Positions 55,301-64,000 of a stretch of DNA of 64,000 bases are shown here, in pieces (within the stretch, counting starts at the first letter, position 1; every line of letters starts with the position of its first letter). Below the pieces are notes generated by a model. The model was not told the DNA's origin. It did not search any database and saw only the letters and a list, made by a program, of their open reading frames with translations. The position numbers and the translations under genes are program-made. The DNA is from a virus, in the IMG/VR virus record IMGVR_UViG_3300036768_000279, positions 1 through 64,000 of that record; one strand, written 5' to 3'.

Positions 55301-57132
55301 CGAGATCATTTACGTTCTTGCCTGGACCGCTGAAAAACTCAGACTTGTTGGTGCAGTGCAGTGGCTTGACTTACGCAAATGGTAGTGCTGGTACTACAAA
55401 TTTGATTCCTCCATTTGCTGTGTCTGGATCGTATTTCGACAGTCCACAAAACGGATTCTCGGTTGGTTTCTTTATGGCAAAGAGAGCCAATGCTGTTACC
55501 AACAATGTGGACCCTATGCTTGTGTATGGTCTTGTTAATGCTACAAATTCCACAAACACTGCAATTGATTTCAATCGTGGTTGGGCAATTGTTGGTGACG
55601 ACAACGGCAACATTAAAATGGTGATGTCAGTGGGTGGTGGTGGTTACTACGATAATCCCACCGTAGCGGTGCCTATTCAATCTGGTCAGATCGTTTGTGG
55701 TACTTACGATAATGACAGTCCATACGAAGATCAAACACGCTTCAACAACTATCTATTTGGCAATCCAAAACCACCGAGGTTGGATTTCTGGAACCATTAT
55801 TGTTGGACGTGGGATCCTACACAAAAAGAACTGAAGTGTTTTGTCAATGGTCAAGAGGTTGATCGCAAGGGAACAAAATTTGCGGTTGATCCATTGAACG
55901 GTGGTCCTGCATCAGGCTTGAATCCAATTGTGCCAGTCAATCCAGCGGCTCGCATGATCACGTTCTTGTCGCACCAAAATGCCTCTCCATGGGACTTTAG
56001 TGCATCCGCCTTGCATGATGAACATTCCATCATTACTGACGTTTTCTATTTCTCTCGTCAACTCACTGAAGCTGAAGTGCGTTACATTTCTCAAAATGGG
56101 ATCGATGGTGCAAACGGCACAGCAACAAGCGGAACGATCGGTGGATACATTCTAGGATCTATGCAGGCGTCTGGTTCTATTGGCGGTTATCAAAGAGGCT
56201 TGGACACCACTTCAGGCATCTTTGGTGGCTTCAATTTCTCTGCTGAGGCGGCGTCCGGTATTATTGGAGGATACATTTCCGGCGTCACGTTCTTTACGGC
56301 TGCACCATCTGGATCGTTCGGCGGATATATCCGTGGATACGATTTTGGATCAGGTCTCTTTGGCGGATTTATCAAGGGTGCTGGAACACTAAGTGGTATC
56401 CTTGGTGGATTCATGCTTGGAGGTCTTCGTGGAAGCATGCAATTCGATGGCGGATTCACAGTACAAGCTTTTGCCGCTAAGGACTTCGACTCGCAAGTAG
56501 TCATTCGCCAGAATACGACATCTGACTTTGATGCCAAACTAGTCATTTTCCAAGCCGAAACCGGACCACTTGTAGATATCATTGTTCCGTCAAGAACCGT
56601 AAGTGGAGTAACCGCCCCATTCAACCAATACTTTGTTGGTGCTGCATCAGGCACACAAGGCAAGTCTATCGTACAAACACGCTGGACATTTGGAGACTTG
56701 ACGCCATCTGTTTCTGTTTCGCCAAGTGGTGATGGATTCTATCCAGTTCAGCATTACTATGCTGGTAGCGGATTCTTCATTGCCAAGTTTGAAGCAATCG
56801 ATTCGAATGGCATCCATGGATCGGCTACACGCATTATTAATGCCGCATCTGGCATTGATCCTGTGATTGTCAGCCTATCTGGAGTGCCACGTTCTGGCAA
56901 TGCTGCACTGACAGTGGATTTCGTGACGACAGTTGATATTTTGCCACCTGGGGTAGCCATCAATACAAGTCTGTTGAACTTTGATGATGGACAGTCTACG
57001 ATTACGCTCAGCCCGACTCACGTCTATACAGAACCAGGAACTTACAAACCAATCTGGATTGTTCGCGATTCTCGTGGCGTGATTTGGTGTGATAGCCTCG
57101 AAGCCGGTAACGACTTCTTGAGAGGGGTCTAG
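52315..57132 (+). CDS. large tail fibre/adhesin: four LamG/ConA-like domains, SG-repeat stalk, two PKD-like domains
   Basis: Four L(I/V)GYW-type domain starts and R.L...EI ends; C-terminal WTFGD and FDDG..HVYTEPGTY. Confidence 0.8.
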   Translation: MANFLNDGSLIGFWPLNEPSGSPIFLNYSPARSRQPSGISFDFHVAQAESEAAAQVKSVWPGTATVFNPESGVNYNGFMVQGYWKLGTDSSPYSRYLVLGNGCSQVREQTLSQNVAQSGITVGIWVYPNSNGYLNFYTDANTASYNGETEGTRCHMLFGQKQFAQLGGWQIGISGAMDQGAQFNSAASNRQLTAYASIERNAGSPTVLRTPIESGRYTHLTFTFRYLDGTTDQVVLYKDGRVAASGTSNTGAGGASATCLANSNLTGRAVTIGGGDNANTGTNNYGGTCGWNHLVSGAYIFRRVLHEGEILDLHNGQTLQPLEGNRKHPIKVELTDSQLLAYYPFRSVGWPDVSKNHRPLIGQKDEGPSTTIIPIPGPFKAGAMLNNGTNQSNHVVATSGLIYDMINARSWTIGMFAGPTNGLGRPSNMLFSMGSVSATTTVGAPAAITTSTFGMALTEFGAPNRIRFSAYPLGDITASVFNIDTATSGYYRGVSHHYAVAYDDSTKGIAVYVDGHLQGSGTLAHSLSDQLLRLAGSGYPLMFTNGVSDTISDAASHGTLAAGGQDLFVGPIIVMGRALLPEEIMYVAQSGIDTTPTWRTPHDPRLVGYWPCTDFKLDDVIAEDRARVWEPFPGNLSRGDTTTKWAAWYVSPRFNQFGTRTTPAALDSYGVLGITSGIFGVHGLSPGTAVVADASPARSSIANLALRYKPVNEQNNLACQNPIGDFVLGYEVTPSGNIPATPFGLTADNTKFEFNSTLHVYGNLAGSTTDGEVRSFLTTVDAAQGSGVSIVFASRTGTFSAANYTALISGVLPYGIPSKVLLHAKFDSPYNVNADAAGTTPLTLSLWINGNLASKRRMTAATARLWTDNTADSSGDDFLLEFGGEAGNDTLTTQISRDGGLGEIYMREIFLMRGTFDKDEIQALATSGIQNPSIAGYTPTLPKTQVTVFDSNLEGYWRFNGFAGGGSGTTDLSLKSHHLTPLAEQKNRAGAANQATRSFTFLPGPLKNSDLLVQCSGLTYANGSAGTTNLIPPFAVSGSYFDSPQNGFSVGFFMAKRANAVTNNVDPMLVYGLVNATNSTNTAIDFNRGWAIVGDDNGNIKMVMSVGGGGYYDNPTVAVPIQSGQIVCGTYDNDSPYEDQTRFNNYLFGNPKPPRLDFWNHYCWTWDPTQKELKCFVNGQEVDRKGTKFAVDPLNGGPASGLNPIVPVNPAARMITFLSHQNASPWDFSASALHDEHSIITDVFYFSRQLTEAEVRYISQNGIDGANGTATSGTIGGYILGSMQASGSIGGYQRGLDTTSGIFGGFNFSAEAASGIIGGYISGVTFFTAAPSGSFGGYIRGYDFGSGLFGGFIKGAGTLSGILGGFMLGGLRGSMQFDGGFTVQAFAAKDFDSQVVIRQNTTSDFDAKLVIFQAETGPLVDIIVPSRTVSGVTAPFNQYFVGAASGTQGKSIVQTRWTFGDLTPSVSVSPSGDGFYPVQHYYAGSGFFIAKFEAIDSNGIHGSATRIINAASGIDPVIVSLSGVPRSGNAALTVDFVTTVDILPPGVAINTSLLNFDDGQSTITLSPTHVYTEPGTYKPIWIVRDSRGVIWCDSLEAGNDFLRGV
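56128..56421 (+). repeat. seven ~14-aa S-G-x-(I/F/L)-G-G-(Y/F) repeats
   Basis: SGTIGGY, SGSIGGY, SGIFGGF, SGIIGGY, SGSFGGY, SGLFGGF, SGILGGF. Confidence 0.85.
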
Positions 57133-57134
57133 GC

Positions 57135-60100
57135 ATGAACATTCTTGTATCTAATGGCATTGTTGTTAGCGGCGTAGGTGTGCCGCTCAATGGCATTGCA
57201 TTTCCATCTGGTCAGTTTGGTTCTGGCGTGCCGGGATCTCAACTAGCAGCTTTCTTGTCTTCTGCTAATGCTACGTTTGGTTTCAATCTAACTCCACACA
57301 ACCTACAAACTGAATGGATTCCCGTTGGTCCTCCAGAGACCTTCCATGGTGCTAGCGGACAGTTGCCAGAAATTGGCAAACCAATGGAGATTTTCATTGG
57401 CGACTTCTACTTCCGTGGCAGTGTAGTTCACTCAGATTACACAACAAGTATTGGTGGAACGATTGTAAATGTGACATTAGAAGATGATCGTCGCTACTTG
57501 CGTCGCGTCAAGGTTCATACAGAAGATCTTGGTCAGAGCGTACCAAGCGGCGTTGTATCTGTTGCTAGAGCATTCCGAATTCTGAATGGTCTTGAGGACG
57601 TTGACGGCAATCCATCAGAGCCTCTTGTAAAGGAATATGATCGCATCCTTCAATTCGGTGGTACGTACGATCAAATCTTGGCGGCTATCGACCTTGCTTA
57701 CAACGAGGGCAATTGTTCGATTCCGGTTTCTATTCTGCCCACGGTAGAACAGATTGAGAAGAACATTGGCGGAACTGTAACGGCCATTCGTTTTCAGTTC
57801 AATCTAGACACACTGGATGACGTGCTTTCGCGTGTATTGCTAGATACTGGTTATGACTGGTACTGGAATATGGATGCACAGCGTGTCGCACTTATCAACA
57901 AAAAGAAACAGTTCGACATTAGTGAAGCCGATATCCTGAATCTGGTGTCGCAGTTTGGTAGTGCGTCTGGACTAAACGAAACGAAACAGCTTGGCTTTGG
58001 TCAAGACGTTGTTCCAGATCCAACACGCTTCCGCGTTCTTGGCGGACACCAAGAAGGCTTCATCAACTCTCATTTGTTGAGTCCAATTGATGGCATGGAT
58101 ACGTCCGCATTGGACGGCAATGTTGTATTCACTAAGGCATGGGACAAACTGAGTGTTGGATTCTATGACGCTGATGGCTTCTTCCGTACATACCGACCAA
58201 CAGAAAAGGAATTGCAGCTTGCGTTGGCGGGCATTGAGCAATGGACATACTACAAGATCTATCAGACGGCTAGCGGCACAGCGAACCCTCCAGGATACGG
58301 ATACCCACCTGACAACGGCTCGATCGCCGCTCAAGACCCATCATTCCAAAGTCGTCTTGATCCTAACATGCCGCTTGCTGGTATTGCTACTGGAGCAGCC
58401 GAGTCTGGTTTGAGGGTGATCAGCAATCGTCGAGACCAAGAACAAAACTGGGTAATCGCTTTCTACAATCGAGTACGCGATCATGCATCACGTCACTATG
58501 GACGCTCGTATGTGGCTGAGGGCTTGTTGTACAATCAAGCTTCCGGTCTTTTCCAGCTTGTTGATGCTGCATGGGCAAATATCGAAAATCAGGTACAGGG
58601 ATATTCTCTATCTGCTTCTGGTACAGTTACAACAAGCGGCGTGTTCGTAGAAGACTATGAAATCAATCGTGCTCTAGGTCCGATAAGTCCATTCGTGACA
58701 GATGATTTTAGAGTTCGTGCATACTGTGTTCTGCCTCGCGATACGGTGTATGGTCCTCTTGGCGACGACAATCCAGCAAGCTTTGCAAACTGGACGGAAG
58801 ACGCTCCGCCATTCAATCCAAGCGGAGACGGCAGACACTACATTCCGATCACTTTGCAGGACGTTGGTGATCGTGTCATTGACCCGCATAGTGAAGCAGA
58901 CCTTTACGGATTTGAGTCATATCCAAAAGGCACATTGCTTTGTCAACTACCAATCAACGCCGGACCATCTGGCGGGATTGTGAATGATGGTATCATCTTC
59001 AATTTGGCTACGATGTTGACAACTGTCAACAAGCTGACCGGCTCTGGTTTGCTAGATATCATCAATCCATCGCAAGTCTTGAATGTCTATGACGCACTCT
59101 CTGGAGTGGCTATTCCGGTACAGTCGCGTCTGCGTTACGGCCAAACATATCCAAGTCAATGGGTATTGGGCGACCTCCATTATGAGCGTCACGAAGACGT
59201 ACAGCTAGACGACCAGTTTGTACCGTGGGCTTTCTCGCCAGAGGGAAATCAAACATCTCTCCAGATCATGACGGATCGTGCTATTCGTCGTGTACAGGGC
59301 AAAATTGTGCCGAAGTCGTCTTCTCGCTATGCGGATTTCCAGCAAGTGGGATTGCCACTATTGTCCTTTGATGCATTTGCTGAGCAGAACATTGGACCAT
59401 CGGGTCTGTACGGCGAGATTTCGCACGGTGTTAGCGAAATGAACATCAGCTTTGGCGTCGATGGTTTCATTACACGCTACAAGATTCAGTCTTACTATCC
59501 CAAGTTCGGTCGCGAGGCCCCACTGGGTGAACGTGTGCGTGCCCAGCTAAACGGCATCCTCAATCCAATCGATTTCGCCGATCTGCAACTTCTCGACCCA
59601 AATCCGGGCAAGCCATCGAACCCGGCACTACCGGGCGATACGTTCGCACCACCGATCTTTTTCGACGCAGAGCAGAATGCTGTGCGTGTAACGATTACTG
59701 AAGTCAACAATGTTTTCACACTTTCAAGCACTCCCGGTACCGCTATCGATGAACGCTATCGTGGTATCGACCAGCACGCTTACACGAAGCCGCCTATAGC
59801 TCTGAGTTCATCTAACATTGATTTCCGTGAGGGGGCAATTTGTATCGATGGATTCTTGAACATAGGCGATAAGGCAGTCTATCACACCGACAACTTCCAG
59901 TTGCCAAATGGCAACACTATTCTAAGGTATTTCACACAAGGGCGTCCATTTGCCAACGGAACCATTGTTCAGATCGAACGTGTCAATCCAAGCAATACGT
60001 CTAACTATGACGTAACGATTGTTGGTGGCACGGCATCTAGAGCTATCTTCAATCTACCAGTTTTGAATGGCACAGTGACAGTTGGAGACAGAACTACATT

Positions 60101-60449
60101 GGCAGCACAAGGCAATGCCAAGATCATTCCTGGTGAAATGGATGGTACGGTTTACCTCAATGGAACTACTTCAAGTGCCGCTGGTGTTGTGCCTGTAGAA
60201 ATCACGTCTATGTCAGATCAGGGACTCGTAACAGCAAGAGCTACATGTCGTCCATTGAACACGGATGGTCAGGTCGTTAGTTCTGGAACGATCTATTCTA
60301 ACGTTATTCCGATTCCATTCCCACAGTTTGCTTCATCTGGCGACAGAGGATTCTTGGCAAGTGCCGTTGTTCCAAGTGGCTCTTTCGGTGCAACAGCTAC
60401 AGCCAACTTCATCGAAATTGTCAAGCCAGCCTTCTTTAGATATCAGTAA
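57135..60449 (+). CDS. tail tip / baseplate hub-like protein
   Basis: 1104 aa, beta-rich, in tail module. Confidence 0.65.
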   Translation: MNILVSNGIVVSGVGVPLNGIAFPSGQFGSGVPGSQLAAFLSSANATFGFNLTPHNLQTEWIPVGPPETFHGASGQLPEIGKPMEIFIGDFYFRGSVVHSDYTTSIGGTIVNVTLEDDRRYLRRVKVHTEDLGQSVPSGVVSVARAFRILNGLEDVDGNPSEPLVKEYDRILQFGGTYDQILAAIDLAYNEGNCSIPVSILPTVEQIEKNIGGTVTAIRFQFNLDTLDDVLSRVLLDTGYDWYWNMDAQRVALINKKKQFDISEADILNLVSQFGSASGLNETKQLGFGQDVVPDPTRFRVLGGHQEGFINSHLLSPIDGMDTSALDGNVVFTKAWDKLSVGFYDADGFFRTYRPTEKELQLALAGIEQWTYYKIYQTASGTANPPGYGYPPDNGSIAAQDPSFQSRLDPNMPLAGIATGAAESGLRVISNRRDQEQNWVIAFYNRVRDHASRHYGRSYVAEGLLYNQASGLFQLVDAAWANIENQVQGYSLSASGTVTTSGVFVEDYEINRALGPISPFVTDDFRVRAYCVLPRDTVYGPLGDDNPASFANWTEDAPPFNPSGDGRHYIPITLQDVGDRVIDPHSEADLYGFESYPKGTLLCQLPINAGPSGGIVNDGIIFNLATMLTTVNKLTGSGLLDIINPSQVLNVYDALSGVAIPVQSRLRYGQTYPSQWVLGDLHYERHEDVQLDDQFVPWAFSPEGNQTSLQIMTDRAIRRVQGKIVPKSSSRYADFQQVGLPLLSFDAFAEQNIGPSGLYGEISHGVSEMNISFGVDGFITRYKIQSYYPKFGREAPLGERVRAQLNGILNPIDFADLQLLDPNPGKPSNPALPGDTFAPPIFFDAEQNAVRVTITEVNNVFTLSSTPGTAIDERYRGIDQHAYTKPPIALSSSNIDFREGAICIDGFLNIGDKAVYHTDNFQLPNGNTILRYFTQGRPFANGTIVQIERVNPSNTSNYDVTIVGGTASRAIFNLPVLNGTVTVGDRTTLAAQGNAKIIPGEMDGTVYLNGTTSSAAGVVPVEITSMSDQGLVTARATCRPLNTDGQVVSSGTIYSNVIPIPFPQFASSGDRGFLASAVVPSGSFGATATANFIEIVKPAFFRYQ

Positions 60450-62605
60450 TGACACTCGCATCAGGACAGCTACCGTACAACTACGATCACGGAAAAGGAC
60501 GTTTCCGTGTTCCAAATCCGTATTCATCAATACATCCAATTGGACCGTCTGGAGTTCTATTGGAACAGGCATTGTTCGTTCTAACCGCAGAACGTCGCAA
60601 GCTATTGAAGTTTAGCTTTGGCGAAGGCAACAACTATCTGTATGATGCTTTCGTCTACGTTAACCCTGTTATTGCTCCATCAGGGCCGTATGAGCCCAAA
60701 GCAAATGGATCAACGATTGGCAATGCGGTGTATCCTGGTGCTGCGTTTATCATCGATCACATTCAAGACTTGCGATATGCAATGAACCAGCACTTTTCAT
60801 TCATTTCGCAAGATACTAATCTAGGAAGCGATGACTATAGAGCTGCATGGCTACAAGCTTTGTATCCAGAAAGCCCTAGTGGTTTTTTGTTTGCAACAGA
60901 TCCCGATACTGGCAATGATGTGACTGGTCATTGGGCACATCGTGCTCCATCAGACATTGGGGCATTTGTAGACTATACATTACCTGAAGTGCTTGGTGCA
61001 TCAGGAATTTTGTACGACATTGATTTTGGAGAATTAATGTGGAATCCCCCACCGCACTTGTCGAGTTTTGGTAATGACACGATGCATTCTCGAAAAGTCG
61101 ATGGTACGAACGATACGTTTTCTGTACAGCAATTCCCCATTTTTCCTGCTTTTCAAAAGACCAACGGAGACTTGGTGACATTGACTGGTCGCGAACCAGA
61201 TGTTATTCCACAAGCTTCTGATTATCAGATTGATCACATTGCTTCTGGTGCCATCAGATTCGATGGCTACGCCCTGTTTAGCAACACCAAGTTATTTGTG
61301 GGTCGTAATGGCAACATCTTCAACACCACAACACCAGATTTTACAGTTGACGCCGAAGGTCATCGTGTTGTTCTTGATGGCGGTAACGTTGCCAGCTCGC
61401 GTATATTTGCTTCGCCGTCTGCACAAACATCCGGCGTCTATCGTATAGCGGCCAAAAATCGTTTCGCTGATTTTCCTACAACTACTATTGAATCTGGCAA
61501 GATGAGCTTTTGGCCAACGATTACATCGTATTGGCCAAATTCCGACGCTGTTGTACAGCCGTATGGCCAAACACAAGTTGTGGGCTATCTTGGCTATCAT
61601 GTATTTGATGATTGTTTGTGGCAGACGGACGTTTCGTTCAATCAATCAGTGACCCCAGATACGGGGTTCTGCTCTGGTTTGGCGATTATGTCTCCGTATA
61701 CAGGACACCCATTATGGGTGCGTTACGCAGATCAGACAGCCGTTGATTCTATTCCACTTGCGGGCTTTCCTGCGAAAAAAAAGAATTGGTCAACTGGCAA
61801 GGGATTGGAAAGGGTTACTACAAACGACATTCGTCGTCTACACCCCAACATACAACACGATGCTACGCTTGTATCTGGTCAATTTATTATTATGCAATAT
61901 AATGATATGCTTGACCTTACAACGTCTTTTGCTACAACATCAGACAGTGTTGAAACTGGTCTAGTAGACAACGTTCCGCTTGGTGTTGGTTCGTCTACTA
62001 CTATTGAAGTTAATGATTTGTGGCGTGATGATGTAACTGGCGAATACTGGATTGCAAATAGCAATTTTGCTGGCTTTGATGTTTGGAAATTCGACTCGTC
62101 TTTTAAGTACATCAATAAATACATATTCAATCCAAATAGCGGTATTAACAACGCTCGTGGTTTCTTCATGAATGGCAATCACTATCTATTCCATGGCGAG
62201 TTTGGTGCAACAGGCACAACTCACATTCGTGGTAGTGGCATCTATCCTGTACGATTTGGTGCAGACGGTACCGAGCCCTATGACAATACTAGTAACCAGC
62301 CGCAAGTTGGTGTACTGTGGATTTGGCCCAACGAGGGAAAATTCATTAATGGTGCTCCATTTCTTGGCACAAGACGTTTTGCCGAAATTCTTGATATGAT
62401 ATACGTGCCGTCTGCAACGCACGTTGTGCCTGGGGTATATGCCTTAGTAAGATGGGCAAGAGCAGAAGGTAGCTTCAATGACTTGTATTTGTTGCGTCTT
62501 GAGGAAACTACTGACGCCTGGGAAATTCGTGCCGTCACGGAATTGGACACATCGTTTTTAAGCCCAAATCAAGGTAGGCGAGAACTCTTATACATGACCT
62601 ATTAG
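60449..62605 (+). CDS. tail-associated protein, possible receptor-binding protein
   Basis: 718 aa, aromatic beta-rich C-half. Confidence 0.6.
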   Translation: MTLASGQLPYNYDHGKGRFRVPNPYSSIHPIGPSGVLLEQALFVLTAERRKLLKFSFGEGNNYLYDAFVYVNPVIAPSGPYEPKANGSTIGNAVYPGAAFIIDHIQDLRYAMNQHFSFISQDTNLGSDDYRAAWLQALYPESPSGFLFATDPDTGNDVTGHWAHRAPSDIGAFVDYTLPEVLGASGILYDIDFGELMWNPPPHLSSFGNDTMHSRKVDGTNDTFSVQQFPIFPAFQKTNGDLVTLTGREPDVIPQASDYQIDHIASGAIRFDGYALFSNTKLFVGRNGNIFNTTTPDFTVDAEGHRVVLDGGNVASSRIFASPSAQTSGVYRIAAKNRFADFPTTTIESGKMSFWPTITSYWPNSDAVVQPYGQTQVVGYLGYHVFDDCLWQTDVSFNQSVTPDTGFCSGLAIMSPYTGHPLWVRYADQTAVDSIPLAGFPAKKKNWSTGKGLERVTTNDIRRLHPNIQHDATLVSGQFIIMQYNDMLDLTTSFATTSDSVETGLVDNVPLGVGSSTTIEVNDLWRDDVTGEYWIANSNFAGFDVWKFDSSFKYINKYIFNPNSGINNARGFFMNGNHYLFHGEFGATGTTHIRGSGIYPVRFGADGTEPYDNTSNQPQVGVLWIWPNEGKFINGAPFLGTRRFAEILDMIYVPSATHVVPGVYALVRWARAEGSFNDLYLLRLEETTDAWEIRAVTELDTSFLSPNQGRRELLYMTY

Positions 62606-62611
62606 TGTATT
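62602..62611 (+). promoter_or_regulatory. putative late promoter
   Basis: TTAGTGTA-TT overlapping the TAG stop. Confidence 0.7.
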
Positions 62612-62697
62612 GTTACGTGCGTTGGTATTTTTACCATAGCAGTGCAGGGTCAAACGTTCTCTCGTGAGATAGTTGCCCATCACGTAGAGGAAAACAC

Positions 62698-63357
62698 ATG
62701 GTAAGTGGAATTCGTTTTTTTGCATGTTCTGGAGCTATGGGTGGAACTCCGGCCACTCGTGCAACTCCAAACCTTGAGATCTTCAACCTTGAGCCGGGTG
62801 CTACCAACAATCCTAACCGCATGGGATTTTTCGGTTCTGCTGGTGCTCCAAACAGTGCGGTCATTGTTGGGCAGTATCAAGATCGTACTCACCGCTGTGA
62901 CGAGACTGGCGTTGACTTTGGGGCGATGATCAATGTCAAATTCACTGGTGCAACTACTGCCAGTGTCTCTGGCGTTCCATTCACGGCCGGATTGCAGAAT
63001 ATTTCACGTAGCTCCGGCACCCTGCTTTGTCGTTTCACGGAACCGAATGGTACGGCTGTAATCACTCAGAACGCTACGTTTAGTGCAATCAATCTCACGG
63101 CTGGGTCTGGTGCCCCGAACGTGTCAGATCTCGTGAGTACGGGTATTACCATCAAGGCTGCACAACTTCCCGATACACAAGGTTTTGCCGGTAGTACATC
63201 TTGGCAGAACATCGATAGCAGCGGTTCTGCTCTAGCCCTCAACGCTCAGAACGGTACGGCGAGCGTACACGACTTCCATTTGATCATCAGCGGTACTCCG
63301 ACTGCCGCCGGACGCAAGGTGAACTTCGCATACTACATGCAACTTGAGTATCTGTAA
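62698..63357 (+). CDS. virion structural protein
   Basis: GAGGA SD; G/S/T-rich beta protein; own promoter motif and terminator. Confidence 0.7.
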   Translation: MVSGIRFFACSGAMGGTPATRATPNLEIFNLEPGATNNPNRMGFFGSAGAPNSAVIVGQYQDRTHRCDETGVDFGAMINVKFTGATTASVSGVPFTAGLQNISRSSGTLLCRFTEPNGTAVITQNATFSAINLTAGSGAPNVSDLVSTGITIKAAQLPDTQGFAGSTSWQNIDSSGSALALNAQNGTASVHDFHLIISGTPTAAGRKVNFAYYMQLEYL

Positions 63358-63401
63358 TCGGGCCGAAACGGCCCGAAAGATGGCCCGATTTAGAGTCTAT
63401 C

Positions 63402-63432
63402 TGGGGGTGGTGTAAGCCACCCCCAATTTTTT
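63402..63432 (+). terminator. intrinsic terminator
   Basis: TGGGGGTGG-TGTAAG-CCACCCCCA ATTTTTT. Confidence 0.8.
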
Positions 63433-63507
63433 CCGCCACTTGGATGGTCGGCTGTCATAATGGAAGTGTCAACCGCTGTGCTGGTATCACCTGCGGATCT
63501 GATAGCC

Positions 63508-63963
63508 ATGACGTTAGCCTTTAGCTCGAAACATCCCTTTGTGCCTAACCCTTCTAAGGACTCGAATGCGAGTCGTTGGATTGCTTCACTCTCAGACGGA
63601 ACTACCGTTTTTGAGGATGTGACGCCGGGCGAAAAGTCAGCCTGGATTCGTCTGAGGGAGTATGTGGCTTTGCACAAGCTCAAGGTTACTAACCTACGCT
63701 TGGAAGCATACGGGCATCGCGTAGTGCTCATGCCCTACAAGGACGAATTTGGCAATCCCCAAATCAATGGGTATTGGCATTCAAAGAAGGCTGGAGCATT
63801 GCTCAACGCTGGACCTATTGGCCAGATGTACTGGAATGGCATTGGTCTAATCAAGGGACGCGAGATCCATGTGACGTGGGTCGATCAGTCGGGCAACGTC
63901 AGCTACGAAATAAAGCAGTATCAGGAGGGCAATCCCGCCTGTATTGTGAACGATGCAGTATGA
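63508..63963 (+). CDS. hypothetical protein
   Basis: WIASLSDGTTVFED...SAWIRLREY; start uncertain. Confidence 0.7.
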   Translation: MTLAFSSKHPFVPNPSKDSNASRWIASLSDGTTVFEDVTPGEKSAWIRLREYVALHKLKVTNLRLEAYGHRVVLMPYKDEFGNPQINGYWHSKKAGALLNAGPIGQMYWNGIGLIKGREIHVTWVDQSGNVSYEIKQYQEGNPACIVNDAV

Positions 63964-64000
63964 AGTACAAGTCGATCACTACGCCTGATGTAGAGCACGA
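63960..64000 (+). CDS. 5' end of next gene (partial)
   Basis: ATGA overlap, MKYKSITTPDVEH. Confidence 0.5.
   Translation, partial: MKYKSITTPDVEH

Noticed and set aside
1-64000. tRNA/rRNA genes, reverse transcriptase (DGR/retron), alternative genetic code, tail sheath
   Set aside because: None recognised by eye; long genes read through in the standard code, with TAA, TAG and TGA all used as stops. tRNAscan/Infernal were not run.

Overview
This is a 64-kb segment of a large tailed dsDNA phage (Caudoviricetes). It is probably a siphovirus-type, because there is a tail tube and a 1774-aa tape measure protein but no recognisable sheath. The host is probably a diderm, since the phage encodes lipoproteins and an outer-membrane beta-barrel. 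There are three zones. (1) 1-8.3 kb is an early/host-takeover array of small + strand genes. Nearly every gene has its own sigma70-type promoter (mostly 16-bp spacers, many leaderless). Gene fragments, four back-to-back leftward promoters with no gene behind them, and a repeated TGCCA-N3-TGGCA palindrome are interspersed. (2) 8.3-17.2 kb is a - strand accessory block: C39 and metzincin proteases, lipoproteins, a beta-barrel, a nucleotidyltransferase, dCMP deaminase and eroded genes. (3) 17.4-64 kb is the + strand late region: a sigma-like factor, two glycosyltransferases, GroES, an ERCC4 nuclease, TerL, portal, Dps plus a His-rich protein, protease/scaffold, capsid, neck, tail tube, duplicated tail chaperones, tape measure, tail-tip proteins and several free-standing homing endonucleases. 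An intergenic TTAGTGTA motif (putative late promoter) punctuates this zone. The best candidate for a new system is virion O-glycosylation at a Ser-Gly sequon: exposed neck/tail proteins are strongly enriched in Ser-Gly, while the capsid, portal, terminase and tape measure are not, and two phage glycosyltransferases sit in the late cluster. All calls come from manual reading and hand counts; no database searches were run.
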